A stretch of 64,000 nucleotides of DNA from Pavona decussata (lineage: Eukaryota), in contig CDRNST010000035.1 in NCBI GenBank assembly GCA_977016875.1, positions 2,232,001-2,296,000 on the forward strand. Reading direction: 5' to 3'. A program made the translations under genes and the position numbers. Below the pieces are notes generated by a model that worked only from the letters and a program-made list of their open reading frames with translations, did not search any database and had not been told where the DNA came from. This document shows positions 1-13,176 of the stretch, one piece after another; the stretch's first letter is position 1, and each line of letters opens with the position of its first letter.

Positions 1-720
1 TTGAATACAAATCTAGGAACACATGCAAAATCTGAATTTGAAAAATATTTCTTCAAACTAATCAATAATTCTGTTTTGGAAAAACGATGGAAAACATTCG
101 AAACAAAGTAGATGTTAGATTAGTTAACAATGAAAAACAAGCAAGAAAATTAGTGAACAAGATAAATTTTGAAAAACTAAAAATATTTGATAAAAACCTT
201 ATCGCGATACATATGAAAAAAAAAACTGGTTTTCAACGAACCTGTTTACTTGGAAATGTGCATTCTTGATATCAGCAAATAACTAATGTTTGACTTTCAT
301 TATAAGTATATCAAACCAAAATCCAAAGAAAAAGTACAACTGTTATTCACAGACACTGATTCATCAATGTATGAAATAGAAACGGAATTTACAAGGATAA
401 TTCTCAAGATGTTAAAAAAAACATTTGATACCTCCAACGTTTCTAACCACTCATCAGGAATTCAAACTGTAAAGAATAAAACGATCATCGGTATGTTTAA
501 AAAATGAAACCGGTGGTAAAAAAATAATGGAATTTTCCAGATTGCGATCAAAACTTTTTTCTTTTAAAATTGATGGGGATGCGGGGTGAAACATCTGCAA
601 GAAAAGAAATACAAAGGAATTAAAAAGGTGGTTATTAAAAATGAGATAAGTTTGGAAGATTACAAACAAGGTTTATTCTCTGAAGAGGAAGAAATGAAAA
701 ATGTTAATTTAAAAGCATTT
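1..720 (+). pseudogene. Polinton/adintovirus-type protein-primed DNA polymerase B, C-terminal fragment (frameshifted)
   Basis: Fragments [37 protein letters not shown] (PolB motif C) and KGIKKVVIKNEI are spread over several frames. Paralogous to 26549-27260. Confidence 0.88.
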
Positions 721-1405
721 TTTTTTTTTTGCCTTTTGCTACTAAACTTAATTATGAATGCAGCTTTAATGAACTCGCCTAAACGTGCGTGCCCTCTGGA
801 CTCTAGCGAACATTAATATGCGAAATAGACGCTATTTAAGTGAATGTTTGAGTTAATTCTAAATGACTATCATACGTTCGTCGAAAGAAACGAACTAAGA
901 GGTAAGTTGTGTAAACTTCAGTCAATTTCTATTATTCTAAGCGCCCTCAAAGTTCCATAGTTTCAGGAAGCCTATAGTTCACAAGCCCCCGGCTTCTATA
1001 AAGGCTTCCTTACCTTTACCACATTTGATTTTGTAAATAATGTAGTAGGAATATTGTATATTATCTTTAATGTATTTCTGTATACTGTGGTTGTATTTCT
1101 GGTTAATGGCAAAATAATTGAATAAATGAAATAAATGAATAAAGTATTGTTAGCTTTCTTTCAGTGATTTAACAAGAAACGCCTAATCCCCGACGGTGAA
1201 ATGAAGTTATAAACAAAAAAACTAATATTATCAAAAGCGACAAACATGACATTTATTTCATCACTTGTAATAAAGTTATAAAGTTGCATTATCAGGAAAA
1301 GAGGATAAAAGAATAATAATGGATGACAAGATACACACTCTTGCATATAATCATTATAAACTTGTAACCTAATTAAAAAAAATAACGATTATTTAAAATA
1401 AAAAA

Positions 1406-2575
1406 ATGGACAAATATATCGAATCGGAAAAGTCCCCTGACAATGAATATCCTCCTGTGGAGCGAATCGGAAAAGTCCCCTGACAATGAATATCCTCCTG
1501 TGGAGCAAATGTTTGGAAACAAATACGAGATACGGTGTAGTAGTAATTTTCAAAACGAATCGGTGTATCAAAGAGATTATCACATACAGAAAGTTTTGAA
1601 TGAAATGAAAATTCCTGGAGAAGACAGGGATAAAATAGAATTAATTTTTCAAGTAATGGAAGAATTTATTTCGCAAGTTGATAAAGAAAGATAAAGAATA
1701 ATTCCTTTGAAATATACAATAAAGTGAATTTTAAATCTTTCTTCATCCTTGTGAAATAAAATCAGAATATGAAAAGTGGTTCTCAGAAATTTTTGAATTA
1801 TATAAAGATAAAATTGATAGAATAATCTCAGGAAACAACGTTTCTAATTTATAGGTTGAAAACCCCGTTAAACTGTTTTCAAAATTTATCGGAGGACACA
1901 GGTCAATAATCATTTCATCCAATAGTCTCTTATTGTAATAAAATTTGTGTGCTTAAAATCCTTCCCTTTCAGGAAAGATCTCAAATCCACCAGTGCGTGT
2001 AAGTGTGTGTAAGTTGTGTAAACAAACGTGCTTATTTCAATTTTCTTTTTATAATTTTTTATTTCAGAAAAGGTTTTCAATAACAAACCTGATCTGGAAA
2101 TTATTCCCAATGATATTGGATTTAAAGTTATTCCACCCACTATCTTTCCAATGACGATAAGAGAGGTGGAAGCCGTATTGATTAATAAATTTCTTTGCTT
2201 AACTGTTTATAAACCTTTTTATGACACCAACATTGCTTGTGGTAAAATTTGTACAGGGATTTAATCTCTTCCAATTTTTCTTTACTCATATTATTATCGA
2301 TATGATTGAAATAAAAAATGTTTTAAATTCATTGAATGGTTATATATTAATATATTCAATTTCAATAAAAATGTAGCCTGGTGTTAAGGTAAATCTCCAG
2401 GTCCAACTAATGTGGTATCTAAATCTATGATTTGTTGATGTGAATCGTATATCTTCATCATCATCTATTTCAACACTCAGAGGTGGGTAATCTTTATGTC
2501 TCAAAGGGAACCTCCACTCCGACAACAAATAGACGGTAAATTGTTTGAAATGGTTTCTAAATTCTAAATAATAGT
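1406..2575. mobile_element. Polinton-like element accessory ORF remnants (MDKYIESEKSPDNE.. on +, convergent remnant on -)
   Basis: Contiguous with PolB in both duplication units. A 43-bp tandem duplication (1420-1462, 1463-1505) frameshifts the + ORF in this copy only. Confidence 0.55.
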
Positions 2576-3565
2576 TTAAAAAGTAGAAGTGACATTCAAG
2601 TGTGCTAACAATCAAATATGGTTGTCGCCTATTTTCGCTCTTAAATTTCCCGGGCGCCGCCATTTTGGATTTTATGACGTCATGCGATTGCCGCTATCAT
2701 TAGTAAACAGAAGTTCTCTTGTGTGAAACAGTAGAGCAACCGTATTAAAAATCGCAATTAGTTTTGTATCGTGATTCGTCCATTATAAGGAAAAGTAAGA
2801 CTGAAAAAAAATATTTTGCGCCTGGTCAAAATGTATATTCTTGCTACCTGCAAACGTATCCATGGTAACATTTTTTACGCGTAAACAAATTCGTCGCGGG
2901 ATATTTGAAATTTGCCGACAATTTCGTAATTTTTCGTGTCTAAAATCGTTTAATTGAAACAGAAAAAGCTTGGAAAATCAATGGAAGAGTTGTCGAGGTT
3001 TCATATCGTTTCCCGTGGTGATGAATTTGGCGAAATGCCAAATTTTGATATTTGCGGTACTTTTTTCAAAGAGTTATTTGACAACATCGATGCCGAAACC
3101 AAAACAGGAGAGTCGCCGAGTAAAGATGGCTGAGGCGGCAGAACTGCCTCAGGACCTTGCAAATCGATGAGCCGTACATTGTAAACACAACTTAAGTTTA
3201 ATTCACAGAAATTCTTGTACACACTACCGTTGATTCCCAGATTCCTTACAAAAGATTCCTTGTGAATAATGCCTTGATAATGCAATGGGAACGTACTAGC
3301 GATGTAACGGATGCGATGCGATGCGACGCGTTGAGATGCGGTAAAGAAAAATCTGTGTCCTTGTTCCGTTAATGACATAAACCTTAGTCCTTAATCCGTT
3401 CCTTGGTACCTTTTAGCCGTAGAAATGTTCAACTCAAAGTACTAACTCAGCGAAAACGTTCTGAAACGTTCAACTAGCGTGGTCATCCGGGACCGCTCGG
3501 TCCCAAGCCACCGCAACGTAAGATTCTGTCATGTCACGCAGTGTCACGCGCAATGCCGCTGTGAC

Positions 3566-4820
3566 AATGGCGAGCCGAAAAGTAACGAAACTGAGCCCCA
3601 AACTGAGCCGAGTAAGAAAAGAAGTAGTATTGTAATCTTGGACGACGAGGAGATTGAAGAATTCAAGAGAAAGAAGATCGCGAAGAATACTGTCAAAGCT
3701 GGAAACTGAGAGTGCTGTTCGTCGGCTTCAAGCGTGGTACAACGATCGATATGGCAAGACACTGGAGTTGACAAGCATCAACAAAACCAACGCCTCCGAC
3801 CTGCTGAGGCACTTCTTTCTCGAAATACGAGATACAAGAAAAGATAGGCTTGGCGAGGAGTACGAGCCGTCCACCCTGAGCACTTACCGAAATTTTTTAA
3901 GAAGATTTTTCTTCGAAAGAAAGGACGGTGAGTCTTTCGACATCCGAGAGGATGAAAATCTTAAGATGAAGCTCGCTTCAAAAGGAAAGCAACTAAAGGC
4001 TGAAGGAAAAGGGAACCGTCCTAACAGGTCTGATCCGTTAGATGACAGTCAGATGGAGAAGCTGTGGACGAGTGGTGCTATTGGTTTGAAAACTCAGCGA
4101 CAGTTATTACATCTCATGCGGTGGAACATCACCAGATTCATTTGTTAGGCATGAGAGGCCGACAAGAACACTTAAACTGTAAGGTTCAGGGCCTCACAGA
4201 CCGAGAAAACTTCTATGAATACACAGAGCGTTCTACAAAAGCGAGAATCGGGGAAACTGACAACTCAAAAGCAAGACGGAAGTACAACAACAAAATATTT
4301 GAAGAAAAAGGGTGATGAGAGAGATCCGTACCTTGCTTTGAAGAAGTATTTAAGCCACAGACCACAGGGTATCGACGAATTTTATTTCCAGCCCATTGAT
4401 AACCCCAGAGAAGACATCTGGTATAAGAAGCTTCCACTAAAGAGAGACGGACTGGCCAACATCATGAAACGAATGGTCGGGAAGGCAGAAATCCAAAACG
4501 AGAGGAACTTTACCAACTCGTTGGGTCGATAAAAGAACCATTCAAAGTCTTCGAGGTCATTTCGATCCACTGGCAATCTCTGAGCTCACTGGGCACGCCA
4601 ACCTTACCTCCATCCAGTCTGACAGTCATAACTCCGTACAAACACAGAAGGATATGTTTGATCGACTGGAAGAACAGGGAAGATACTCTACGGCTGTCTA
4701 CAGTAGTACGGCCACAACTGTAAACGCGACAAGCGCAGAACAGCAGTTGTTCTCTAATCTTTTCAATTGTTCCACTTTGAACTCTTGCCAGATTAACATT
4801 AATTTCCCAAATGACAAGTG
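3566..4820 (+). pseudogene. Crypton/DUF3504 (KCTD1/ZMYM/QRICH1-related) tyrosine recombinase, frameshifted
   Basis: Motifs IAKNTVKA, LRHFFLEIR..GEEYEPSTL, LKAEGKGNRPN, LLGMRGRQEH, YTERSTK, DPYLALKKYLSHRP, FYFQP, WYKKLPL, FTNSLGR and ELTGHANLTSIQSDS. At least 3 frameshifts. Confidence 0.88.
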
Positions 4821-5195
4821 ACTTCCCATTTCATGACAATGTTAGCCGATGTTAACGTGACATTGTCTCTGTTAATGGAAAAATGAGTTTACAAGACTTA
4901 AGCGTAAGACAATCAGAATAATTTTAATTGGAAACGCGTGATTGTTTTGGAAGAAGTTTGTTTTGAAGTTTCGATATTAAATTTAATCAACGCATAACCG
5001 CTATTTCAGATCTCTTAGAATTGCAGGTTTCTATTAAAATGAATTAAAAAGTATTGTATAAACATACCATTTGTAATGAAGATTTCCAGTGAAGAGGAAC
5101 TAAAGAACTAAGCGCATTGGTACCCTTGTTAAAAGGAAAACTAAAGGTCAGACATGTCCCAACAGAATTACCGTTAACAATAACACCTTCACACA

Positions 5196-7190
5196 GGAGG
5201 AAGATATTGCTGAACTATTTAAAAACTATTTTTTGAATATCGGGCCAACCTTAGCTAAGGAAATAATAACTAATAATAAAGATCCTACACGGTACATAAG
5301 CTCTTCACCAACATGTAGTTTTTATCTTTCTCCAATAACGGAAGCACAGGTATTTGCATGATTTACTAGTCTAAACGAAAAAAAAAACATCCTTAAACAT
5401 CCCCAACAAGCTAATTAAACTCGCAAGTGAACTTCTCTCCAAACCTTTTACTGTAATATATAACGAGTCAATACTAACGGGGAAAGTTCCTGAACTGTTC
5501 AAAATATCCAAAGTAACTCCCATATTTAAGAGTGGTGCAGTAACTGAGCTAGGGAATTATAGGCCTATAGCAGTTAGTTCTCCATTTAGTAAAGTTCTGG
5601 AAAGATTAGTATATCAGCAACTTGTCTCCTTCTTAGAAAAACAATGTCTGCTCTTTAACTTCCAATTTCGGCTTTAGAAAAGGTTATTCAACAGAATATG
5701 CCATTCTGGAAACTCTAGAAAACTTAAAATCAGCAATTGACGATGAAAAAATAACATGCGCTATCTTTTTAGATTCTTTAAAGGCAATTGATACAATCAA
5801 TCATCAGATTCTTTTAGATAAACTTAGTAAATATGGCATTCGAGGTCTTCCCCACGCATGGTTTTCAAGCTATATTACCAATCATAAACAGTATGTTAAA
5901 GTTGGTAATACAGAATCTAGCTTGAAAACCATTACATGTGGTGTGCCTCAAGGTTCCACCTTAGGGCCACTACTTTTCTTGTTGTACATTAATGACCTAC
6001 CTGAATCCTCAAAGAAACTGAGTTTTAAAATTTTTGCTGACGACACAAATATTTTCTATTCATCAAACGACCCAGAGCAATTACAAAGAGTTATAAAATG
6101 AAGAACTTGGAAATGTTTTAAAATACTGTGCAGCAAATAAGCTATCAATTAACTTCAAGAAAACCCATTATATGTTAATAACCTCGCCTAGGAAGAAAGT
6201 TGATGTTCGAGTATCGGCCTGTGACATAGAACAAAAATCTCAAATCAAATACCTGGGCGTCTTTATCGATGACTGTCTAAGATGGGATGCCCAGCTCCAG
6301 TACATTAACAACAAAATAACAAAAAACATTGGAATTTTATATAAACTTAGATACTATGTCTCTATGAATACGCTTAAACAACTATACTATACGCTCATAT
6401 ATATGTATCTTAATTACGGGTTTATGAGCTGGGGTACTGCATGCCAAACAAAATTAAAAAAGATTAAAATAAGCCATAATAACTGCCTTCGCTGCATCTT
6501 CTTTGCACACTAAAGAGAAAATGCAACACTATATTTTACTCTATTAGAAATCCTTAAGCTAGAGAACAATTTTAAGTTGAAAATTGGTTCCCTTGTGCAT
6601 AAATTACAATACAATAAAAAAGAAACACCCCCTGCACTCCATGATCTTGTTTCCCTAGCTTCTGATATCCATAAATATAATACCAGATTTGCCACTAGTC
6701 AAAACCTGTACAGACCATTTTCAAGAACTAATTATGGTTTAGCACGGTTTAGAGTAGTGGCATCACAAACCTGGGAAACAATTCCAATGGAAGTTAAGTG
6801 TCTGCCCTACAATGATTTAAAAAAAAAATACAAACTTTTTTTACTTGATAGCCAAACATAAATAATATAAAAAAAATTAACGTATACTATATACTTATAT
6901 ATTTGTTGTAAACACTTTTTTCCTTACTATTGTATTTTCCACTCCTGAGTCTAATTTAACTAGCAGAACTCTTCAACCAGCGTTATGAATTCTACTTCCC
7001 CCTACTTTTTTTAACTGCACAGAGGTAGTGGCCAACACGAAAGCTTTGCTCCTTTGGCCACTACGCAATTCTTCCGTAGAATGTAAAATTACTAAATAAA
7101 TTGCTTTGCACGTTTAAAATTTTTTTTCTTACTACAAATTATGTTGTATTTCGTTGTAACAAGTGTGAATAAAATTGAATTGAATTGAAG
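5196..7190 (+). mobile_element. 5'-truncated L2/CR1-group LINE (reverse transcriptase remnant)
   Basis: Motifs NYFLNIGPTLA, GNYRPIA, KVLERLV, QF-GFRKGYST, GVPQGSTLGPLLFLLYINDL, FADDTN, IKYLGVFID and YLNYGFMSWG. 3' tail aataaaattgaattgaattgaa at about 7169-7190. Stops and frameshifts present. Confidence 0.9.
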
Positions 7191-8819
7191 AAAATTGTTG
7201 AAATAAGAGCACTGAAGTCCATTTTCAATCAGTAAACTGAAAGTTCAATCAACTCCGCATTAGAGTTTGAAAAGCCATTTGAATAAAGCGACCCTGTCAC
7301 AGTCAGTTTTGACCAGTCAAGGGCTAGCTAGTCCAGTTCAATGTCGCAATTGTTAATTACAATTTTGGAACCAATCACAGACCGCAAAAGTGAGACAGCA
7401 ACACCGCGTGATATTGACGTTTCTCGCGTAAGACAGAACCATAGGAAATTGTGGAAAGAGCGAAAAAAATGATTTGATCACTCGTTGTTTACATCAAACC
7501 ATTTTAAATTTTTAAAAAAATTAAGTCGCATTGAATGATACATTTCCCAAATTGGAACCACCAATTCCATCCGCCATCGTTTTAAATTCTTCAATGTTAT
7601 CTAAACAATTATCACGGCGACTTTGCAACTGTCTCAAAGCAAGCGACGTATTTCATAGATTTTTACACGAGCTGTGGAAGTTACACACAATTTTATACAA
7701 GATGTGGGAAATTTTGTGTAATCATTTCATTGCAGTGCCAACTCGTATACTAAACTTTAATCTCTTGAGCCTAAAAATATCACATTCTCAGAAAACAGGA
7801 CATCAATGATCTCATACCACAGGGACTTTCCCGTGACATTCTCAGAAAACAGGACATCAATGATGTCATACCACAGGGACGTTCCCGAGGAAGTTGGTCA
7901 TCAGAATGCCCATATAGCAGTTCTTTTTGAAAACCATAAAGTTTCGTATTTTTAGGCCCAACAGATGAAAATGTAGCGTACGAGTTGGCACTGCAAGAGA
8001 TCATTTTTTAAAATGTTCTCGTACCACCAACTTATAAACTACTTCCAGAAAGGCGTAAATTATTCATTTATCTTGAATCTCTCCCGTGAAGCCAGAAGGT
8101 GAATGATAACACGGACGTCTCACGTGATATGAATTGTAAAAGTGTAATTATTATTATTGGCCGGTGAAAATTATGCAGCCTGAACACCTGCTTGCAATCG
8201 CATAACAATATTGTGTTCCAGTTTAGCGGGAAGGGTTGAAGGATCCTTATGGCACAAATACAACGCAGGGGAAACGGCGCCATTCAAGAAACAAGTAAGT
8301 CAATAATTAAACTATTTACGCCTTTATCGTTTGTATCTTAATCGCACTAAATGTTCGCTAACAAGAAAACGTGCATTGTAAGCTATTGATATGTATATGT
8401 TAGATCAACTGGTATGCTCGTGAAATAAGGAAATAATTTCACTTTCGTTTTGTCAAATTTCTAATAATTTCCCTCGCCTTTTCACGAGTATACCATTTGA
8501 TTACCTTTTGATATCATGGGTGACAAATTACGCTCACAATCGTGGTCGGTTCCGTCTTGTTTACACACGCAGGCAAAAAACCCCTCGAGTACTTTATCCA
8601 ACTGCTCCGGACGAACCGTCTCAGGGTTTTTCTCAAGGACATTTTCATCACACCAGTTTTCGAAAAAACCCTCACTCAGTTAACTGTGCTCTTTCGCTTA
8701 TTTAGCTTTCGTAGTCACGCGCTATGACGTACGTGGACGGATGTCTGAATTTGGGTCCATCCGAAATCACTACCACTTGCATTTGGTAGACCACTCGACT
8801 CGCGTTTTTGCTGTGCCAC

Positions 8820-8864
8820 ACCGTGCTGACGATAGCCAACCAGCTCGAAACAGCTGTCCACGGT
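8820..8864 (+). ncRNA. Minimal type I hammerhead ribozyme motif (stem II closing pair broken)
   Basis: accgtg-CTGACGA-tagc/caacca/gctc-GAAA-cagctg-TC-cacggt. 6-bp stem I, conserved core, palindromic stem III and a GUC site (cut after 8858). G10.1 is replaced by U. Confidence 0.72.
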
Positions 8865-9242
8865 TGCCACATTCTCTTTATTCTCGGTTTGGTCTCTATT
8901 ATGTCGCTGTCCGTGTTAAGTGTCTACGCAGTCCGATCAGCCTTGCAGAAATTTGAGTCATTTAGGTTTTCTGTAGCGTATTTCAATACCGTAACTTCCT
9001 TCATCAGTAACATCTTCAAACATTGACGCCATCTTGGCACTGAGATATAGGAAACATTGGTATAGCTTGTAATTTCACATTAAGGCTGAAATTTCGCCCC
9101 AAACTTGAGGAGTAATTTGTCACCCATGATATTACAGCAAGAATAGAACAATCAATCTACGAACATCTTTAGAATCTGTTAAAATTTGGCTGGTGAATTT
9201 TTATTTTACATAAGTGTTACGTTGAACATGATCGCGTTGTTA

Positions 9243-10982
9243 CAGTGCGACTACTGTTAGTCTGCTACCAGGGTCACTTAAACAAAGTTATACAAATCAC
9301 ATCACAGAACATTCTGGCTAAAGTTGATCGAACCAATTATCAGTGCTTTAACCAAATATACAAAGATACAAAGTTTTCACAGCGAGCTAAATCAGAGGAT
9401 TCTTTACCGAACATATTTTTCAGTTGATGGGAAATTAATGTTTAGATTTGGCTTAGAGAATCACATAAAGACAAGTAGAAGGTAATAGTATAAAGGAAGT
9501 CGAAATTCAGTTGATTATCTTGCAAATGGCGGCGTGTCGTAGTATCTCAGTGTTGTTGACAAGCTTCGACAAATGATATTTAGGGACAATGCATGAAAGT
9601 TTAAGTAGAAAAATGTTTCTCTTTGAGGTCTGATTTTCTGAGCTTAGTAGCTGACTTGCCTATTTGCTCTACGCACGGACGAGGACCTGGCTTTGCCAGT
9701 AACATCAAAATCTAAGAACCTCATTGATATTGATATTCTGTTTGATATTCCGCAACTCCCGCACCTTTGTAAAACTTTGACGCGTATATTAGCTTTGTCT
9801 AGATGTCTGGCAGCCGGACAGGATAATTTACGCGAAATAGTCCTTTGATCCAATGCTATCTTCGTTTGAATCACGAAGAAGTTGTCTATTACAGTCCTCA
9901 TTTTGCTGAGTCAATTTCGCTGACCGCTCCGCAGTATATGCAAATCTCGCCATAATCAAATTTGGAAATTATTTGTGAGTTTGCGGTGTAAACTGCCGGA
10001 CAGGATTTTCAAAGCACTCCGTGTCCGGCAGTCGGACAATTTCTCCGTTCCGGGTCTATTTTAGAAGTAGTCCATTAAAGTCCTCAATTTGTTGCAATTT
10101 CCGTCACCGCTCCGCAAATGCAAATCTCGGAATAATCAGACTTGAAAATTATTTACGTGTTTAGACTTAACTTCGAGGCACCGTGTCCGTGAGTTGAGTG
10201 ATTTTTCAAACTCAGGACTGAAGTGATTTCATGGTATGTCCGAGCTCGCAGAATGATCGGCCGCCAAGGACCTTCGATTTCTGAATCGCCTTGCAACGAA
10301 AACAAAAATAGTATTGGATAAATGGACTCGAAATTGAGAAATTATCGCACTGCCGGACACGTAATATTTGATAATCCTGCCCGGCTACCGGATATCTAGA
10401 CAAAACTTATATTTATACGCGTCAAAGTTTCGCAAAGTTGCCGGGTTGCAGAAGATCAAACAGAATATCAAACGGGTGATATCAGTAAGGTTCTGAGATT
10501 TTGATATTACTGACAAAGCCAGGTCCTCGTCAGGGCGTAGAGCAAATAGACAAGTTAGTCAGGTACTAAGCCCAGAAAAACAGACATCAAAGAAAAAACA
10601 TTTCTCTCCTTAACTTTCATGTATTGTTTCTAAATATCATTTGTCGAAGCTTGTCAAAAGTCAGTTTATTGAGATATTCCGACACGCCGCCTTTTGCAAG
10701 ATAATCGACTGAATTTCGACTTCTTTACTATTATCTTCTACTTGTCTTTGCGTGATTCTCTGAGCCAAATCTAAATATATTTCTCATCAACTAAAAGAAA
10801 TGTTCGGTAACGAATCCTCTGATTTAGCTCTCTTTGTGAAAACTTTGTAATCTTTTCAGCTGTCTTTGGTTGTAAGCGCTGATTGGTTCGATCGACTTCA
10901 GCGGGAATTCGTTGTTCGTGTCCTGTGATTTGATCAGTCATCTTAATTTGTTTAAGTGACTCCGGTAACAGTAGTCGCACTG
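9243..10982. mobile_element. Foldback MITE with about 600-bp inverted arms, CAGT termini and TA TSD (Tc1/mariner-pogo-like)
   Basis: ta|CAGTGCGACTACTG...CAGTAGTCGCACTG|ta. 9243-~9830 is the reverse complement of ~10350-10982. Internal direct repeat ~9888-9975 / ~10075-10155. Confidence 0.8.
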
Positions 10983-11734
10983 TAAATATAGCTTTGTATA
11001 ATTATATTCATATTATTTTAAAGATATTCTACAAATGAATAATTGTGTCCACGAAGGAGACGCTCCCTAATCGAGTCGTTGTGCATGTTCCTATTAAGTG
11101 CGAGAAATCGAGAAAAGAGGTTATATGTCTGTTCCATCTTGAAACGTTACATTATACAATGAACAGTGTAAAACTCGCGTTTTGATATATGTAGCGGAGT
11201 TTGTGATTAGAGTATAGACACACAATCAACTTCATCGGGTGGTGTGACCGGCACACGTGATCAGAGTCTAGAGTCCAGCCAGCGACTAATCAACGAAGTT
11301 ATGCAAACTGTTTTTCGAGTAACGGACAAACAGGCGAATTTTCGCAGGAAAGGAAAACTGCCCGATAAAAAATTGGACAAAGACCGTTGAGGGTCACCTT
11401 AGCTAGAACTTTGTTGTGACGTGAAAAGGAAGCAAATATTTGTCGAAATATGTCGCCAACAGAAATCCGGTAATGACGAGTTATCGATTACAAATCGCAG
11501 GAAAGCGACAGGAAGCGACTTACATGCTGTAATATTTTGGGGTCAGGATTTCCTTATAGGATAAAGATCAATTTTGAAAGTATTGTTAGTGAAACTCTTT
11601 CGGATTATACTCCAATTTACAGGATCACAATTGCATTTGTTTAGTAGTCTAAAACTGAGTTTGCTGGAAAGTTGTTAACTCAGCTCAGGCAACGCGATGC
11701 TCCCGAAATGTGTTGAAATGTCTTATAGTTATTG

Positions 11735-11985
11735 TATAAAACAAATAGATTCCATTTTAATCAAAGGGATTTCCTGAAGCAGAGACATGCAAGATGACTC
11801 CGAAATGTCGAGCCCTTGTTGCATGTCTTAGATTCCCATTATTTTGCTGTGTTCTGTACTCTGATAATGCACAGAGGACGTCAAAACGAGGTAAGAACAT
11901 CAGATCATCTCACCACGTTTTGACGTCATCTGTGCTTTATCTGAGTACAGACGCAAGGCAAAATGGAATCTATTTATCATGAAAG
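11735..11985. repeat. Non-autonomous element fragment with inverted ends (probable Crypton derivative)
   Basis: aaatagattccattt ... aaatggaatctattt inverted pair. Confidence 0.45.
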
Positions 11986-12647
11986 GTGTTGGTCATCGTG
12001 GTTTAAAATGATAGATAAGTTAATTGTTTGTCTCACGATTGAGTCACAAAGATGTGGATCGCGACGTTTCGACCACTACACGCCCGTTGTACATTACGTC
12101 GCGTCAGAAATAGGTTTTCAACCGCAAACTAGCCTGTGGAACTACGAAAAGACCATGCTCATAAAAAAAATCCTATGCCCCTTTTAATCTCCTCATTTGA
12201 TGCTATAATACGAGTAAAGAGGGCTTTCCACCCAGCCCCAGCTTCGCGAGGTTTTGCGAGTCACGTATTTCTAGTCAGTATTCAATATAATTTAACTAAC
12301 CTTAAAAAATAACCTACAGCAAATCCAATTACGCTGGAAGTCCTCGAAGCTCGCGTCAACAATGTCAGCAAAACGTCCTTCGATCCATGTGACAGAAGCT
12401 TGGATCCCATCAACCTCGTTCTCAGACCCTGGGAACGAGGTTGGGATCCCATGTGACAAACTGTTCTAGTTGACACATAGTTTGCATTTTTATCGTTCTT
12501 AGGTTGCAGAACAAAAGTTATTTGTTATAAACGTGGCGCGCACGCGTAATACGCAATCCGCTGGTCACTGTCAAGATTAGGTTTCTGGCCTCCCTTGGGC
12601 CCGCAACAAAAATAGATTTTTTGGGTACAACACATGGGGACAAGCCC

Positions 12648-12775
12648 ACAAGTCAAAATGGTCAAATCAAATCAAATCTCGCAAATCTCACAAATCTCAC
12701 AAATCAAATCTCACAAGTCAAATCACACAAATCTCACAAACCTCACAAATCAAATCTCACAAGTCAAATCTCGTT
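12648..12775. repeat. Degenerate micro/minisatellite (tcacaaatc / tcaaa units)
   Basis: Repeated aatctcaca, aatca and aagtca words. Confidence 0.75.
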
Positions 12776-12874
12776 ACAGTCTCCATCTCTAATTATGGCT
12801 CCTGCAGATATGCATGATTTTCCTGTTTTTGTTTGTTTGTTTGTTTTTTTAATTTTTTGTTTGTTTGTTTTTAG

Positions 12875-13176
12875 ATGACGTTGTTACCAAAGTTACCGTA
12901 GGTGAGGTGGCTCTCGGGATTCTACTGATTCTCACGGCTCCCGTGGCTCTTTTCATCCTCTTCTTGTGGTTCTTCAACTTCATTAGTGTTTCTTGGACTT
13001 TTCTGGTTTTCGCGGCTCTGGTTCTCGTGGTTATTTGGTTACTTCTGTGTTATGTGGTTTACCTGCTTGATCTGGTTGCCGTTCTTTTGAGTATCGTGGT
13101 ACCCGTGCTTCAACTGTTTGAGCTTTTTTCGCGTCTCGTCATTGCTGTGGGTAGACCTTCTGGTTCTCGTAATTAA
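12875..13176 (+). CDS. Putative orphan hydrophobic (Leu/Val-rich) exon, about 100 codons, copy 1
   Basis: Follows a strong polypyrimidine acceptor (tttgtttttag|), phase 1. Two or three hydrophobic stretches. Homologue at 33561-33826. Low complexity weakens the ORF evidence. Confidence 0.3.

Larger units (their letters stand above)
3295..7333 (+). mobile_element. Crypton-like (tyrosine recombinase) DNA transposon, interrupted by a LINE
   Basis: YR pseudogene inside. Approximate ends are actagcgatg... and ...gggctagctagt, and they are uncertain. Confidence 0.6.

Noticed and set aside
11450-11475. ATGTCGCCAACAGAAATCCG|gtaatg as exon 1 of stomatin copy 1
   Set aside because: Phase 2, which is incompatible with the phase-1 downstream exons.
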